Source: an uncultured Acidobacteriota bacterium
GTDB taxonomy: Bacteria; Acidobacteriota; Terriglobia; Terriglobales; Acidobacteriaceae
Assembly: GCA_963819245.1 (NCBI GenBank)
Contig: CAWFVI010000006.1
Coordinates: 8,155-72,154 of the forward strand
DNA length: 64,000 nt
Reading direction: 5' to 3'
Part shown: positions 28,740 through 38,488 of the stretch, in pieces
How the letters are laid out: every line of letters begins with the position of its first letter
Position numbering within the stretch: position 1 is the first letter of the stretch
The notes under the pieces: model-generated
The model's database searches: none
Seen by the model: only the letters and a program-made list of their open reading frames with translations
What the model was told of the DNA's origin: nothing
Made by a program: the position numbers and the translations under genes

Positions 28740-29378
28740 GTGCGTAACCGTTATAAGAAATCCTGTATCTGTATTGCCTTCGTGCTGCTGTCGGCGCTCG
28801 CGCTGCTAGCGCAGTCCGATCGCATGGAAGTTAAACGGGGAGACGACCTGCAACTGAAGCTGAGCGATCGTAGCCGCCCGCTACTTACAGCGGCATTGGT
28901 CGAAGCTCCGGCGTTCGGCAACGTTAGCAACGACTCCGAACTTCCGGACGCCCCCAGTTCTACCAAGCCCGACGCGTCAACCGCAGGCCCGGCCGCTTCC
29001 CCGGTTGTTAAGCGGCAGTCTCACGGCGCGCCACCGGCCGCCTCGGGTGGCCCACTCGCGGTCGATCGCGCAGTGGCAGACCGAAACTACCTGGCGCTTA
29101 CCGGCGGGATGTTCGGCGCAAGTATTGCCAATGCGGAATTGACCATCCGCTGCTTGCAGCAACACCCTTCCTGCAACGATGTGCCACCCTCCTTACAGAG
29201 CCGGGCAGCCCTCTACGGAATCGGAATTCCCGTCGACTTTGGGGTTGCGTATCTGACCTACCACATGAAGAAGAAACACAGCCGGATTTGGTACGTCCCC
29301 GCTGCGGCTGTAACCGGCGCCAACATATTTTTTGCCTACCGCGCTTATCACTGGGGGCAGGAGCGTTCTATACCGTGA
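28740..29378 (+). CDS. Hypothetical secreted/membrane protein
   Basis: SD 'GGGAGGAAAG' before the GTG at 28740, signal peptide 'KKSCICIAFVLLSALALLAQS', 'LPDAPSS' motif, two C-terminal hydrophobic helices. Confidence 0.6.
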   Translation: MRNRYKKSCICIAFVLLSALALLAQSDRMEVKRGDDLQLKLSDRSRPLLTAALVEAPAFGNVSNDSELPDAPSSTKPDASTAGPAASPVVKRQSHGAPPAASGGPLAVDRAVADRNYLALTGGMFGASIANAELTIRCLQQHPSCNDVPPSLQSRAALYGIGIPVDFGVAYLTYHMKKKHSRIWYVPAAAVTGANIFFAYRAYHWGQERSIP

Positions 29379-29864
29379 TTTCGCAGCTCTCCGTCTGCGA
29401 AGCAAACCGAGAGATCTATCGCGAACTGGAGATGCTCTTGATCTGGTAGCGATCGCAGATCCGGTTCGCGGTGTCCCAAAGAGAGTCAAACTCGCTCAGG
29501 CGCGGAACCACAAAACGCAAAGTCAGCTCCCGCAGGATGTTTTCCAGCAGGCAACCGAGTTGAGCCATGGGAGACATGTTTCTTGTGGGGCCCGGGCTTG
29601 CAACCGGGCTGCCGCATTACATGGGAGTAGGTTCTCTCCCACGTGCTCTGCGTTCTTCGTCACCGTTGATACAACCGTCGAGCAGACGCGATCTTTGAAA
29701 TTCATTCCGTACCTATCGTTGGATTCAGTTATAGCCGATTGGGAAGCGGCGAGGTTGTCACTTAATTGTTAAACGATTGTCCCGAAGTTTCGACGGTTCT
29801 ATCGGCGGAAGGCCTCTACGAGCAAGACTCGGAGCGGGAAACTACTCTTTCCGGCGCACCGGAT

Positions 29865-31447
29865 TCAACGCGCGGCGACCACGTCATAAGGCCGCATCAT
29901 TTCATTGTCCTCGTGCTCGAGGATGTGGCAATGCCAGACGTAACGGCCGACAAAACCTTCAAAACGCACAATGATCCGCGTGACCATTCCGGGATCGGCC
30001 CGCACCGTGTCTTTCCAACCCGCCTCGTTCGGATCGGGCGGCACTGGCGAGCCTGTGTACTTCAGGATGCCCTCGTTTTTATAGAAGAAAGGTTCGAAGC
30101 GACGGCGGTCGAGGATCTGAAATCGAACCAGGTGCAGGTGGATCGGATGAGAGTCATCGGTCAGATTAATCAGGTTCCAGATTTCCACGGAGTTCAGGAC
30201 GGGATCCTCGGTGACCGGCATATTCCAATGAGCGCGATTGAGCAGCATCGTGACTGGATTCTGAGCGCGGTCATCGATTTCGACGAGCGACAGCATGCGC
30301 GTCTTTGTGGATTCGGATTCCGGAATCCTTGGCACGGGTTGCAGCACCGAAGGCAGCGAACTGGTGTCTTTGACCTTGCTCCGCGAAACTCGAAATTGCA
30401 TGACCGTGAAGGCATCGTTCTTAACCACGATCTGCTCTCCTGCATGGCCGGCGAAGTCCACGATCAGGTCCGCACGCTCGCTGGGCGCAAGCAGCACGTG
30501 ATCGAGCGCAACCGGTGCAGGCAGCAATCCCTGATGCGTGCCGATCTGATGAAAGGTTTGTCCGTTCGAAAGTGAAAGGTGAAAGAATCTGCCGTTGGCC
30601 GCGTTGAGAACCCGAAAACGATATCTGCGCGGCTCGACTCCGAGATAGGGAAACAGCTTCCCGTTCACTAAAATCGCGTCGCCAAAATATTCGGGGATCC
30701 ATGGCGCTTTGGGATCCGGTGAGACCGGATAGTAAAGCTGGCTCTGTTCGTCGAACATGCGATCGTAGATCACCAGCGGAATCTCGTACCGGTCCTTCGG
30801 CAGATTCAAAGAGTCCTCGACCGCGTCTCGAATCAGGAACACGCCGAACAAGCCAGCGGCGACATTGAGCCGGTTGATTCCGAGAGCGTGATCGTGATAC
30901 CAAAGCATGGCCGCATCCTGATTGTTTGGATAGTAATAGATCGCGGATTTCCCCGGCACATACCAGTTCTCCGGATATCCATCGCTCTCGGGAGGGCCTT
31001 CGCGCCGTGCAGATGAATTACGGTCCGGACGTCAGGCTTGTCAGCCTCGGAGCCATGGATGTTGTGGTCAATCGGCAGAAAGTGCGCTGGCGGCAGCCCG
31101 TTGCCCCATTCCACGAAAAGCCCTTGACCACTTCGCGTTTCCAAGGTCGGCCCCGGAGAGATCGAATCGAAGCCTCAGAGCCGCGTTGGTTTCATATCCC
31201 GATGCACTTGGCTTTCGATCTGCCGCATTGTAAAGCGATAGTAGGGAAGTCTGATGGCTGGGTCCGCCGGACTTGGGCGGTTCGCGGTAGTCATTACGAG
31301 GTTGGGTGTTGGAAGCCGATCCACAAATGGGGTAAGCAAGCTGGGGTTGAGTAGTGGCCGTACCGGAGGCGTGTGTCGCGCGCAGGGATTGGGGAAGCAT
31401 TAGAGCCGCACTCATTGCCGCAGAAACGTTCTTCGTGTGATGGACAC
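29865..31447 (-). pseudogene. Multicopper oxidase (CotA/bilirubin-oxidase-like, Tat-exported) inactivated by several lesions
   Basis: Cu motifs 'VIHLHGA', 'MLWYHDHA', 'HPIHLHLV', 'WHCHILEHEDNEMM'. Tat motif 'SITRRTFLRQ' after SD GAGGGAGAAG. In-frame stops at 31412-31414 and 31400-31402. TGA replaces the Trp in 'TRL*GFDSISPGPTLE' at 31175-31177. Frameshift at about 30997-31003 right after HLHGA. Confidence 0.85.
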
Positions 31448-31602
31448 CGCTGGCTTCTCCCTCACGAGGGTCTAGTCTGTCCCAACAACCTGACCAATGA
31501 AAACAGGCATGCGAAGAACGATTTTCGCATGCCCGCTTCTGTTCCAGCTAATTCAAAACCTGCATCAGTCCAGAAAGATCTCGCGGGTGATGCCCAGCTT
31601 TG

Positions 31603-33192
31603 CTATCGAGCCGGTTCGCCCGTGTTCGGATCGAGGAACAATCGGCCATCGCTTCGGTTGTGTTCGAAGTCGAACATTTGGCTGATTGAGCTTGCAATTC
31701 CATCGAAGGATCCCTGGCCAATGCGCTGCCCGCCGAGCCAGTTATCCTCGATGAATCGGATGACCGAAGTTTGATCGGTTACGGTGTTATCCACGAAGTT
31801 CTCTTTCGACCAGGGAGAGATCACCAACAGAGGCAACCTTGGGCCGTACCCGCAACGACCGAGTGCGTGCGTGTTGCTGGAGTTGATGCCGGGTAGAGAG
31901 TTCGCGGCCGTACCACAAGCGTTAGGTCCCGTGAGAGCGTCGGCTGGCCCAGTGGAGGTGTTGACGATCGGACCCATCTGGTGGTCATACCATCCGTCGG
32001 AGTCGTCGTACATAATGACGACAGCGGTGCTGTCCCAGTCTTTCTGTTCTTGCAGGAAGTTGATGAGTTTGACAAGGAAGTGCTGTTCATCGATCGGGTC
32101 CGAGTAACCAGCATGGCCGTCCTGATAAGCCGGTGCCTTCAAGAAATTCACCGCGGGGAAATTGCCTGCCTTGACGGCATCGAAAAAGTCGTCGATGTCG
32201 TACTGGTGGTTCGCCTGACCGTCATGTCCGATTTCAGCGATTGATTTCGGTCGCGTGTGTTGCGGATTGCCGGTGGAGGCATAGTAGCCGAAAAGTGAGT
32301 GGTGCGGAATGTAGTCGTTCGTTGTTCCCGCAAGGCCGGTCGAGCTTCGTGCGCAACCGGTGGTGCCATTGGGATTCTTGATATTCAGGTTGAAGCCGCC
32401 CATGAACCCTCCCCACGTCACGCCCGCAGCGTTCAGCAGGTCACCAATGTTTGTTCCACCCATTTGGGCTTGGTCGCGAGTCGGGTTGGAGCAAACATCT
32501 CCAAGGGGATCCGCGTCGCCGATCAAGGTAAGCGAGCCATCGCTGCCGCCGTTTACCTCGTCGCTAGTACCGTTCAAGGTCTTGGTGACCCCGTTGGTCT
32601 GGCCCGAAACAAAGTTCACCACCCCTGGACTCGAAGGACCGAAGGTTGTGCCGTAGGAGTTGTCGCTCATCGAGAAAGCCTGGGCGTAGTTCCACAGGGC
32701 GGTCGTCGTGTTGCCGTCGAAATAACCCATTGGCTCGTTGTTATTGCCACCGGTAAAGGTGGGGAACAGATCCATGAGTCCGGCATCGAAAGCTTGCTGT
32801 TCGGCGGTGTAATCGTGGTCCTGATCGGTGGTCACGGCTTGTGATCGGTCGAGACGGAACGGATTCGAGGCCGCACTGCCGTTCGCTGGATTCAAGTTAG
32901 GATTGAAATTCAGCAACGCGTTGTTGAGGCCGTTCACAGTGGGCGTTCCAGGCTTAGCGTGGAAGTGTGGTTCTCCCTTAGGGTTTAACGCGGTTGGGTA
33001 GGTTCCGAAATAGTGGTCAAAGGAAACATTCTCGTTGAAAAGGATAACGATGTGCTTGATCGGCATTTTCTGCCCAGGCGCCTGCGAAGCGCCAAATGCG
33101 GGGGAAACACTTGGTCCCAGGGCGGTGGTCAATGCGGTCAGTAAGGCCAGCATTTTCCTGGGGGTAGCTGATGCTCTGATGCGGTCGAACAT
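31603..33192 (-). CDS. Phosphoesterase-family protein (non-haemolytic phospholipase C / acid phosphatase AcpA family), secreted
   Basis: 'IKHIVILFNENVSFDHYFGTYP', 'YIPHHSLFGYY', 'GYGPRLPLLVISPW'. SD GGAGGA before the ATG at 33192. Confidence 0.85.
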   Translation of the reverse strand: MFDRIRASATPRKMLALLTALTTALGPSVSPAFGASQAPGQKMPIKHIVILFNENVSFDHYFGTYPTALNPKGEPHFHAKPGTPTVNGLNNALLNFNPNLNPANGSAASNPFRLDRSQAVTTDQDHDYTAEQQAFDAGLMDLFPTFTGGNNNEPMGYFDGNTTTALWNYAQAFSMSDNSYGTTFGPSSPGVVNFVSGQTNGVTKTLNGTSDEVNGGSDGSLTLIGDADPLGDVCSNPTRDQAQMGGTNIGDLLNAAGVTWGGFMGGFNLNIKNPNGTTGCARSSTGLAGTTNDYIPHHSLFGYYASTGNPQHTRPKSIAEIGHDGQANHQYDIDDFFDAVKAGNFPAVNFLKAPAYQDGHAGYSDPIDEQHFLVKLINFLQEQKDWDSTAVVIMYDDSDGWYDHQMGPIVNTSTGPADALTGPNACGTAANSLPGINSSNTHALGRCGYGPRLPLLVISPWSKENFVDNTVTDQTSVIRFIEDNWLGGQRIGQGSFDGIASSISQMFDFEHNRSDGRLFLDPNTGEPAR

Positions 33193-33288
33193 ATTTCTCC
33201 TCCGTCCTCCGGCCAACACCGCTATTAAAGGGTTGTTGCCAGGGAATAGGAAGGCTAGCTGGTCCGTGTTTCGCGAGCATGACACGAT

Positions 33289-33305
33289 TGTTAAAGCTTT
33301 GTGAA
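33289..33305 (-). promoter_or_regulatory. Candidate Pho-box-like direct repeat TTCACA-N5-TTAACA about 100 nt upstream of the phosphoesterase gene
   Basis: The minus strand reads TTCACAaagctTTAACA (11-bp periodicity). Confidence 0.25.
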
Positions 33306-33575
33306 TTTGAAATCGCGATTTTGCAGAACGAAGAGCGTGCGAGGACGATGGGAACTCAGCGATGCCTAAGGAGAGCGAATCGAGCCCTTCGTTCGACCCA
33401 AGCGACGGGCTAATAGGCAAGGTCGTCCAGCCACATCAGCCCGTCACCGACGCTTCGGCCGTGGTTTTTTCGCGAGAGTAGGAGCATATCGCCGCCGCGT
33501 CGACAACTTCCTGGGCTTTCATCTCGCCCTCTTGGCGCGGTTGCTGAAACACCTCAGCGGCGCAAAATGCTAGTC

Positions 33576-33944
33576 TCAGCGAGGGTCGCGCGACGCGATC
33601 GCCACCAATTCCCCAGACGGTGCTCCACCGCTTTTGCGGGCAGGGTTATGACCACTTTGGAGCTGTGCGTCTTTCACGCGGACCTTCTCGGTGTCCCGAG
33701 CCGTCGACACAGACGTGACCGTCTGTTGATACCGGTGAGTCGCGACTAGTAGTTCAGACGAGTGCACGACCGCTGCTGCCTGAGCGGGATGAACGACCGC
33801 CGCGTTTGGCGCAGGGTCATACCAGTCCGGATTGACGTCCTGCTGGCCATAGGCCGGGAGCAGCAATATCGTAAACATCGCGCCAGATAGCATTGCCATG
33901 GATGCCAGGACTCTGCACCGTCCGATACTTTTTGATCCGTTCAT
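33576..33944 (-). CDS. Small secreted hypothetical protein
   Basis: SD GGAGGTG 5 nt before the ATG at 33944. Signal peptide 'RVLASMAMLSGAMFTILLLPAYG'. Confidence 0.55.
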   Translation of the reverse strand: MNGSKSIGRCRVLASMAMLSGAMFTILLLPAYGQQDVNPDWYDPAPNAAVVHPAQAAAVVHSSELLVATHRYQQTVTSVSTARDTEKVRVKDAQLQSGHNPARKSGGAPSGELVAIASRDPR

Positions 33945-34142
33945 GAAATCACCTCCGTGATGAATTGAATTCGACTCGTGGCAGCCGCGACGGTAAGAAA
34001 TCATGGATGCGATCTTGCACCTGATTGCCGGTGGCGTCCATGGAGACAGTCTGAATTGTTCTGAAGCAATCTGAAGATTGAATGAGATCCTCGTCCATGA
34101 GGCCATCAGGACGGGCGCTAGGCGAGTCTCCAGCTGCCGCGA

Positions 34143-34616
34143 TTAACTTTCAGACTTCGTTCGGTGTTCGGGGCGAGCCTTCGGGGTTCCTCGGGGATTT
34201 TCTGGATCCAACCCGGCCGCGGTCATGATGGCGCGTCCCAGTTCTTCGGGGGAGACGACAAATCCTTCGGCTGGCACCTGGCTACTGGCATCTTCTTCGG
34301 CGGTGGGGGCGACGAAGCGATAGCCTCGGCCGACTACGGTCTGCAGGTACTGCGGCTCGCCGGCATCGTCCGCCAGGGCGCGGCGGATCTTGCGGATGGC
34401 GGTATTGATTCCCTGTTCGACGTCGACGAACACATCTTTGCTCCAGAGTTCGGTGGAGATCTGCTCGCGCGTGACCAGTTGCCCCCTCTTCTCGACCAGA
34501 AACATCAGCAATTGCAGCGGCAGGCCCTCCAGCCGAACCGGGATGCCACGGCGGCAGAGCTGAAAGCGACCGTAATCCAGCTGGAAATCGTCGAAGCGAA
34601 CCTTCTTCTCCTGCAC
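34143..34616 (-). CDS. Stand-alone winged-helix (OmpR/PhoB/CadC-type Trans_reg_C) DNA-binding protein
   Basis: 'VRFDDFQLDYGRFQLCRRGIPVRLEGLPLQLLMFLVEKRGQLVTREQI...LQTVVGRGYRFV'. Confidence 0.8.
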   Translation of the reverse strand: MQEKKVRFDDFQLDYGRFQLCRRGIPVRLEGLPLQLLMFLVEKRGQLVTREQISTELWSKDVFVDVEQGINTAIRKIRRALADDAGEPQYLQTVVGRGYRFVAPTAEEDASSQVPAEGFVVSPEELGRAIMTAAGLDPENPRGTPKARPEHRTKSES

Positions 34617-34978
34617 GGCACAACTCCTATGTCACTTGCACACGACTAGAGCGGTTTCACTGCAAACTGGAGACGCGGCAAGCCGCCTCTCTACGGGTTC
34701 AGAAATTCTGTTCTGCCGGGTTGGCTGTGTCAAGCCCTGTCTTAACGACAAAAAAGGCCAACCCAGCTGCGGCCTCGGTCCTTGTTCCGTTTTTGTAACA
34801 GGAGGGCAGATTGGTCCCTCAGGCACTCTCTATGTGTTAACAAGAGGTTGCGGAAACGGCCTTGGCATCGAAATTTAGCGGGGAGGCCATCCCGCGGGCA
34901 CTATCGAAATGCGCGCAGGAAATGCGCAAAAGGAGGCACCGCGTGGGCACGATCGCAGCCGGTTCCACTTCAAGAGCA

Positions 34979-36370
34979 ATGTCAGCTTTACCTCGAGGAA
35001 TCAGAGTGCTTAGAGAAAGGGTACTGATCGTCGAGGAGGAGAAAGAGACTCGCGGAGTACTGCGCGATTATCTTGAGGACAAAGGATACGAAATCGCGAC
35101 CGCCCCGACCTGCTCCGTTACCGAACAAATCTGGCGTACTGCCCGGCCCGATATCGCAATCCTTGATTACACTCTGCCCGACGGAGACGCGGTTGGGCTC
35201 GTACCTCGTCTGAAGGCCATTGACGCGTCTATTCCCATTATTATTCTGACCGGATACGGTTCGATCGACCTGGCAGCTGAAGCAGTTAAGCTGGGAGCTG
35301 AGCTTTTCTTGCCTAAGCCCGCGGATTTGTCCACGCTTTGCGCGCTGATCCAACGTACTCTGGAGAACCAGCGAAACCACCGTCAGCACCTGGCGGAAAA
35401 GACCAGGAATAGCCGCGGGACTGTAGATCCGTTCGTCGGTAAAAGCGACACTATCCGAAGACTTGCTGAACTGGCTCACAAAGCAGCGTTGAGTGATACC
35501 CCCGCCTTGATTCAAGGGGAAGCCGGAACCGGCAAGGGAACGATGGCGCGGTGGTTACATGGCAACGGACCCAGAGCTTCGGAGCCTTTCGTGGATCTGA
35601 ATTGTGGTGAACTCCCGGGGGACCTCCTGGAGAGCGAGTTGTTCGGAGGCGAACGCAACGCTCTTGGCGACGCTTTGCCGAGTAAGGCCGGTCTGCTGGA
35701 AATCGCACATAGGGGAACGGTTTTTTTCGATGAGATCGAAAGTGTAGATTTCCATGTTCAGCCCAGACTCCTGAAGGTCGTGGATGACAAACAGTTTCGC
35801 AGGCTGGGGGAAGTTTGTGATCGTAGGGTGGATATTCGCTTGATCGCAGCCACCCGGCAAGTGATGGCGCCGGTGCTGCTTCGCAAACAGTTTCGTGGCG
35901 ATCTGTACGATCGCATGAGCTGGATTTCGCTTTCAGTTCCACCTCTGCGAGAGCGCGTCGAAGACATACCGATTCTGAGCGCCCATATCCTCGGCGAGTT
36001 GACTGCCGATATTAGGACAGAGGCCCTGGAACTTGGCGGGGTTGCGGTGCGAGCCCTGCAGGGGTATTCCTGGCCAGGAAACATTCGGGAACTCAGAAAC
36101 GTTCTGGAACGGGTTGTGCTCGTCACTGGAAAGGACGCTTTGGCCGATCAGGACTTTCGTCTTGATGTACAGATCGAGCAGTACCTTTCAGGCATTGGTC
36201 AATTCAGAACTCTAGAGGAGATGGAGCGTAATTACATTCAGCAGGTGCTCTGCAAAGAACGAGGTCGAGTCCAATCAGCCGCCAGGAAGCTTGGCATCCC
36301 GCGGAGTTCTCTCTACCACAAACTAAAACAGTACAAAGCGGATCAGTCCGGGCTGCAGTCGGTTTCGTAG
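34979..36370 (+). CDS. NtrC-family response regulator (REC + AAA+ sigma54-interaction domain + Fis-type HTH) with a degenerate GAFTGA loop
   Basis: REC 'DIAILDYTLPDGD', Walker A 'GEAGTGKG', Walker B 'GTVFFDEIE', 'SWPGNIRELRNVLER', HTH 'AARKLGIPRSSLYHKLK'. The loop reads 'ESELFGGERNALGDA'. Confidence 0.85.
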   Translation: MSALPRGIRVLRERVLIVEEEKETRGVLRDYLEDKGYEIATAPTCSVTEQIWRTARPDIAILDYTLPDGDAVGLVPRLKAIDASIPIIILTGYGSIDLAAEAVKLGAELFLPKPADLSTLCALIQRTLENQRNHRQHLAEKTRNSRGTVDPFVGKSDTIRRLAELAHKAALSDTPALIQGEAGTGKGTMARWLHGNGPRASEPFVDLNCGELPGDLLESELFGGERNALGDALPSKAGLLEIAHRGTVFFDEIESVDFHVQPRLLKVVDDKQFRRLGEVCDRRVDIRLIAATRQVMAPVLLRKQFRGDLYDRMSWISLSVPPLRERVEDIPILSAHILGELTADIRTEALELGGVAVRALQGYSWPGNIRELRNVLERVVLVTGKDALADQDFRLDVQIEQYLSGIGQFRTLEEMERNYIQQVLCKERGRVQSAARKLGIPRSSLYHKLKQYKADQSGLQSVS

Positions 36371-36433
36371 CGCACACAACCGAGAACCATATCGCAGGGG
36401 TCACGTCAGACGAACCCGACACTCGCCGATCAA

Positions 36434-36601
36434 CTATTGCCCGATCGAGCTCGCAACGGCCGAGAATACATTGTTCGAACTGCCCCCGATTAACCGTACC
36501 GTTCCAACCACTAGAACCAGAATTACTGCCAGCATCACAGCGTACTCCGCGATGTCCTGGCCCTGTTCGTCAGACCATAGCCTTTTCATTAACTTAGCCA
36601 T
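36434..36601 (-). CDS. flp: Flp-family type IVb prepilin (55 aa; below the ORF-track length cutoff)
   Basis: SD GGAGG, then MAKLMKRLWSDEQG/QDIAEYAVMLAVILVLVVGTVRLIGGSSNNVFSAVASSIGQ*. Canonical G/XXXXEY processing motif plus hydrophobic helix. Confidence 0.8.
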   Translation of the reverse strand: MAKLMKRLWSDEQGQDIAEYAVMLAVILVLVVGTVRLIGGSSNNVFSAVASSIGQ

Positions 36602-36739
36602 ACTACCTCCAGTATTGGTGTTACAGTGCGACTATGATGCGCGGACGGGACGTGCTTGTCAATTCATAGTTGTATCCCCGGTTACGAATTTATGCGGCCT
36701 GTCAGCGTTTGTCGCGCAAGCCATTTAGAATAATCGGCG

Positions 36740-37663
36740 ATGCGCCTTGTGCTCGAGTTCGACAACGTTACGAAAGAGTATCGTAGTTTTGCCAGTAAAC
36801 GTCGCCTTCGCGCACTGGACGGCTTCAGTTTGACCGTGGAGGCGGGAGAGATTTTCGGCTTCCTGGGACCAAACGGCGCAGGCAAGACCACCGCAATTCA
36901 CCTCGCGATGGGTTTTATGCGGCCGACGAGCGGTACCGGTCGTCTGCTAGGAGAGCGCTTTGGTCATCCCGGCACCCGCCGCCGCGTAGGCTTTCTCGCC
37001 GAGAGCGTCGCTCTCTACCACCGCCGAGCGGAACGGCTCGTGCGTTTTTACGGGGCGCTCAACGGGATGAGTGGAAAGCATCTTCAGGACCGGGCGCGAC
37101 AGGTTCTGGAAATCGTGGGACTGCAGGATCACGCGAACCGCAACGCGGGTAAGTTCTCCCGAGGCATGCTCCAGCGCGTCGGGTTGGCCCAGGCGATAGT
37201 GAATGATCCTGAATTGCTCATTCTGGACGAACCTACCTCGGCCTTGGATCCATTGTCGCGAGTCGTGGTTCGCGAGTTGCTGCTCAATGCCCGCAACGCC
37301 GGCAAGACTGTCTTTCTTAGTTCCCATTTGCTATCTGAAGTGGAACTAGTGTGTGATCGTGTCGCGGTGTTGCATCGGGGCAGACTGGCACGCATGGGGC
37401 GGACAACAGATCTTCTTCAAGCCGGCGATCAGACTGAAATTGTAGTTCGCGCCATCGCCGTAACCCAGTTCGAAGGCGCCGTGGCCCGGGATGGAGTTGT
37501 GAGCTTTTCCGTGCCCGCTCCCAACCAACGCGAAGCATTGGAAAAAGTCTGGAACCTGGGAGGCGAGGTGGTAAGCGTAAATCCGCTGCGGCGCTCGTTG
37601 GAGGAGATTTTCCTGGAAGTAACCGCCGATCCGCAATCTACCGCTTCGAAAGGCGTTCAGTGA
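36740..37663 (+). CDS. ABC transporter ATP-binding protein (ABC-2 type)
   Basis: Walker A 'GPNGAGKTT', signature 'FSRGMLQRVGLA', Walker B 'LLILDEPTSALD'. Confidence 0.9.
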   Translation: MRLVLEFDNVTKEYRSFASKRRLRALDGFSLTVEAGEIFGFLGPNGAGKTTAIHLAMGFMRPTSGTGRLLGERFGHPGTRRRVGFLAESVALYHRRAERLVRFYGALNGMSGKHLQDRARQVLEIVGLQDHANRNAGKFSRGMLQRVGLAQAIVNDPELLILDEPTSALDPLSRVVVRELLLNARNAGKTVFLSSHLLSEVELVCDRVAVLHRGRLARMGRTTDLLQAGDQTEIVVRAIAVTQFEGAVARDGVVSFSVPAPNQREALEKVWNLGGEVVSVNPLRRSLEEIFLEVTADPQSTASKGVQ

Positions 37664-38370
37664 AGCCCGTTCTGCTGATCGCCATCAATTTCGCCCGCGA
37701 ACAGCGTTGGCCCATGCTTACTCTGTTGCTGTGGGTCCTGCTGCTCGCGTTTCTCGGGCTGGTTTCCGACATTCACCGCCAACGCGACGATCTGCTCTTC
37801 GTTTTCAAGCTGGACGCTGTATATGTCTCGGCGTTCAGCATATTCTTCGGCGGTTCAGCTATCTACAACGAGCGCAGGTCCCGTCGGATTCTAGCCGTAC
37901 TCTCGAAGGCCGTGGGACGCCAGCAGTATCTTTCTGGACTTGTGCTTGGCGTAACCATTGCGTGCGCGGTCTATTGCTTCGCCCTCGGTATGACCGGAAG
38001 CTGGACAGTCGGAGCGGCAGGATTTCCTATCTCGCACGTTTGGTTCCTCATGGTTTGCCTGCTCGCCGCCTGCGCGTTAGCTGGAACGGTAGCTCTGATG
38101 TTTTCTACGTTTCTGAACCCTTTCTTCGCAGCCGGCGCCACCGCGATGGTCCTGGGCCTTCCCGCTCTAGCTGGCCAATTCCTGGGGCCGCACTGGGGAT
38201 ACGTCATACCGGTGTGGGAACTCGGCGCCACGGTAGTCAATTCTTCTTTTGAATCGCCGGGAACAGCTTCCTGGTTTCCGATCCTATTGGCGGGAGTAGA
38301 GACCCTGGCATTCTGGCTGCTGTCTGCCCGTATCTTTGCCTATGTGGATATCGCCGTCGCGGTGGAGTGA
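37660..38370 (+). CDS. ABC-2-type transporter permease (6 TM)
   Basis: 4-nt overlap with the ATPase gene; polytopic hydrophobic protein. Confidence 0.7.
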   Translation: MKPVLLIAINFAREQRWPMLTLLLWVLLLAFLGLVSDIHRQRDDLLFVFKLDAVYVSAFSIFFGGSAIYNERRSRRILAVLSKAVGRQQYLSGLVLGVTIACAVYCFALGMTGSWTVGAAGFPISHVWFLMVCLLAACALAGTVALMFSTFLNPFFAAGATAMVLGLPALAGQFLGPHWGYVIPVWELGATVVNSSFESPGTASWFPILLAGVETLAFWLLSARIFAYVDIAVAVE

Positions 38371-38488
38371 ATGACAGGGCGACTCTCAGGCTACGAGTGG
38401 GAAGGTATGGCTTCAACCATGTCGTATGGGCTGCACAAACTCTCGGCTTCTAGGCGCTGAGGGGTTGAGCTCGCGACAATTTGAAGCT

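Noticed and set aside
29416-29577. 53-aa minus-strand ORF (MSPMAQLGCLLENILRELTLRFVVPRLSEFDSLWDTANRICDRYQIKSISSSR)
   Set aside because: It looks vaguely helical and protein-like, but it has no SD and no recognisable family. It sits in a spacer next to a pseudogene and could be a gene fragment. There is not enough evidence to call it.
31068-31415. 115-aa ORF and 30833..31144 103-aa ORF as separate small genes
   Set aside because: Both are pieces and frames of the disrupted multicopper oxidase. They were merged into one pseudogene call.
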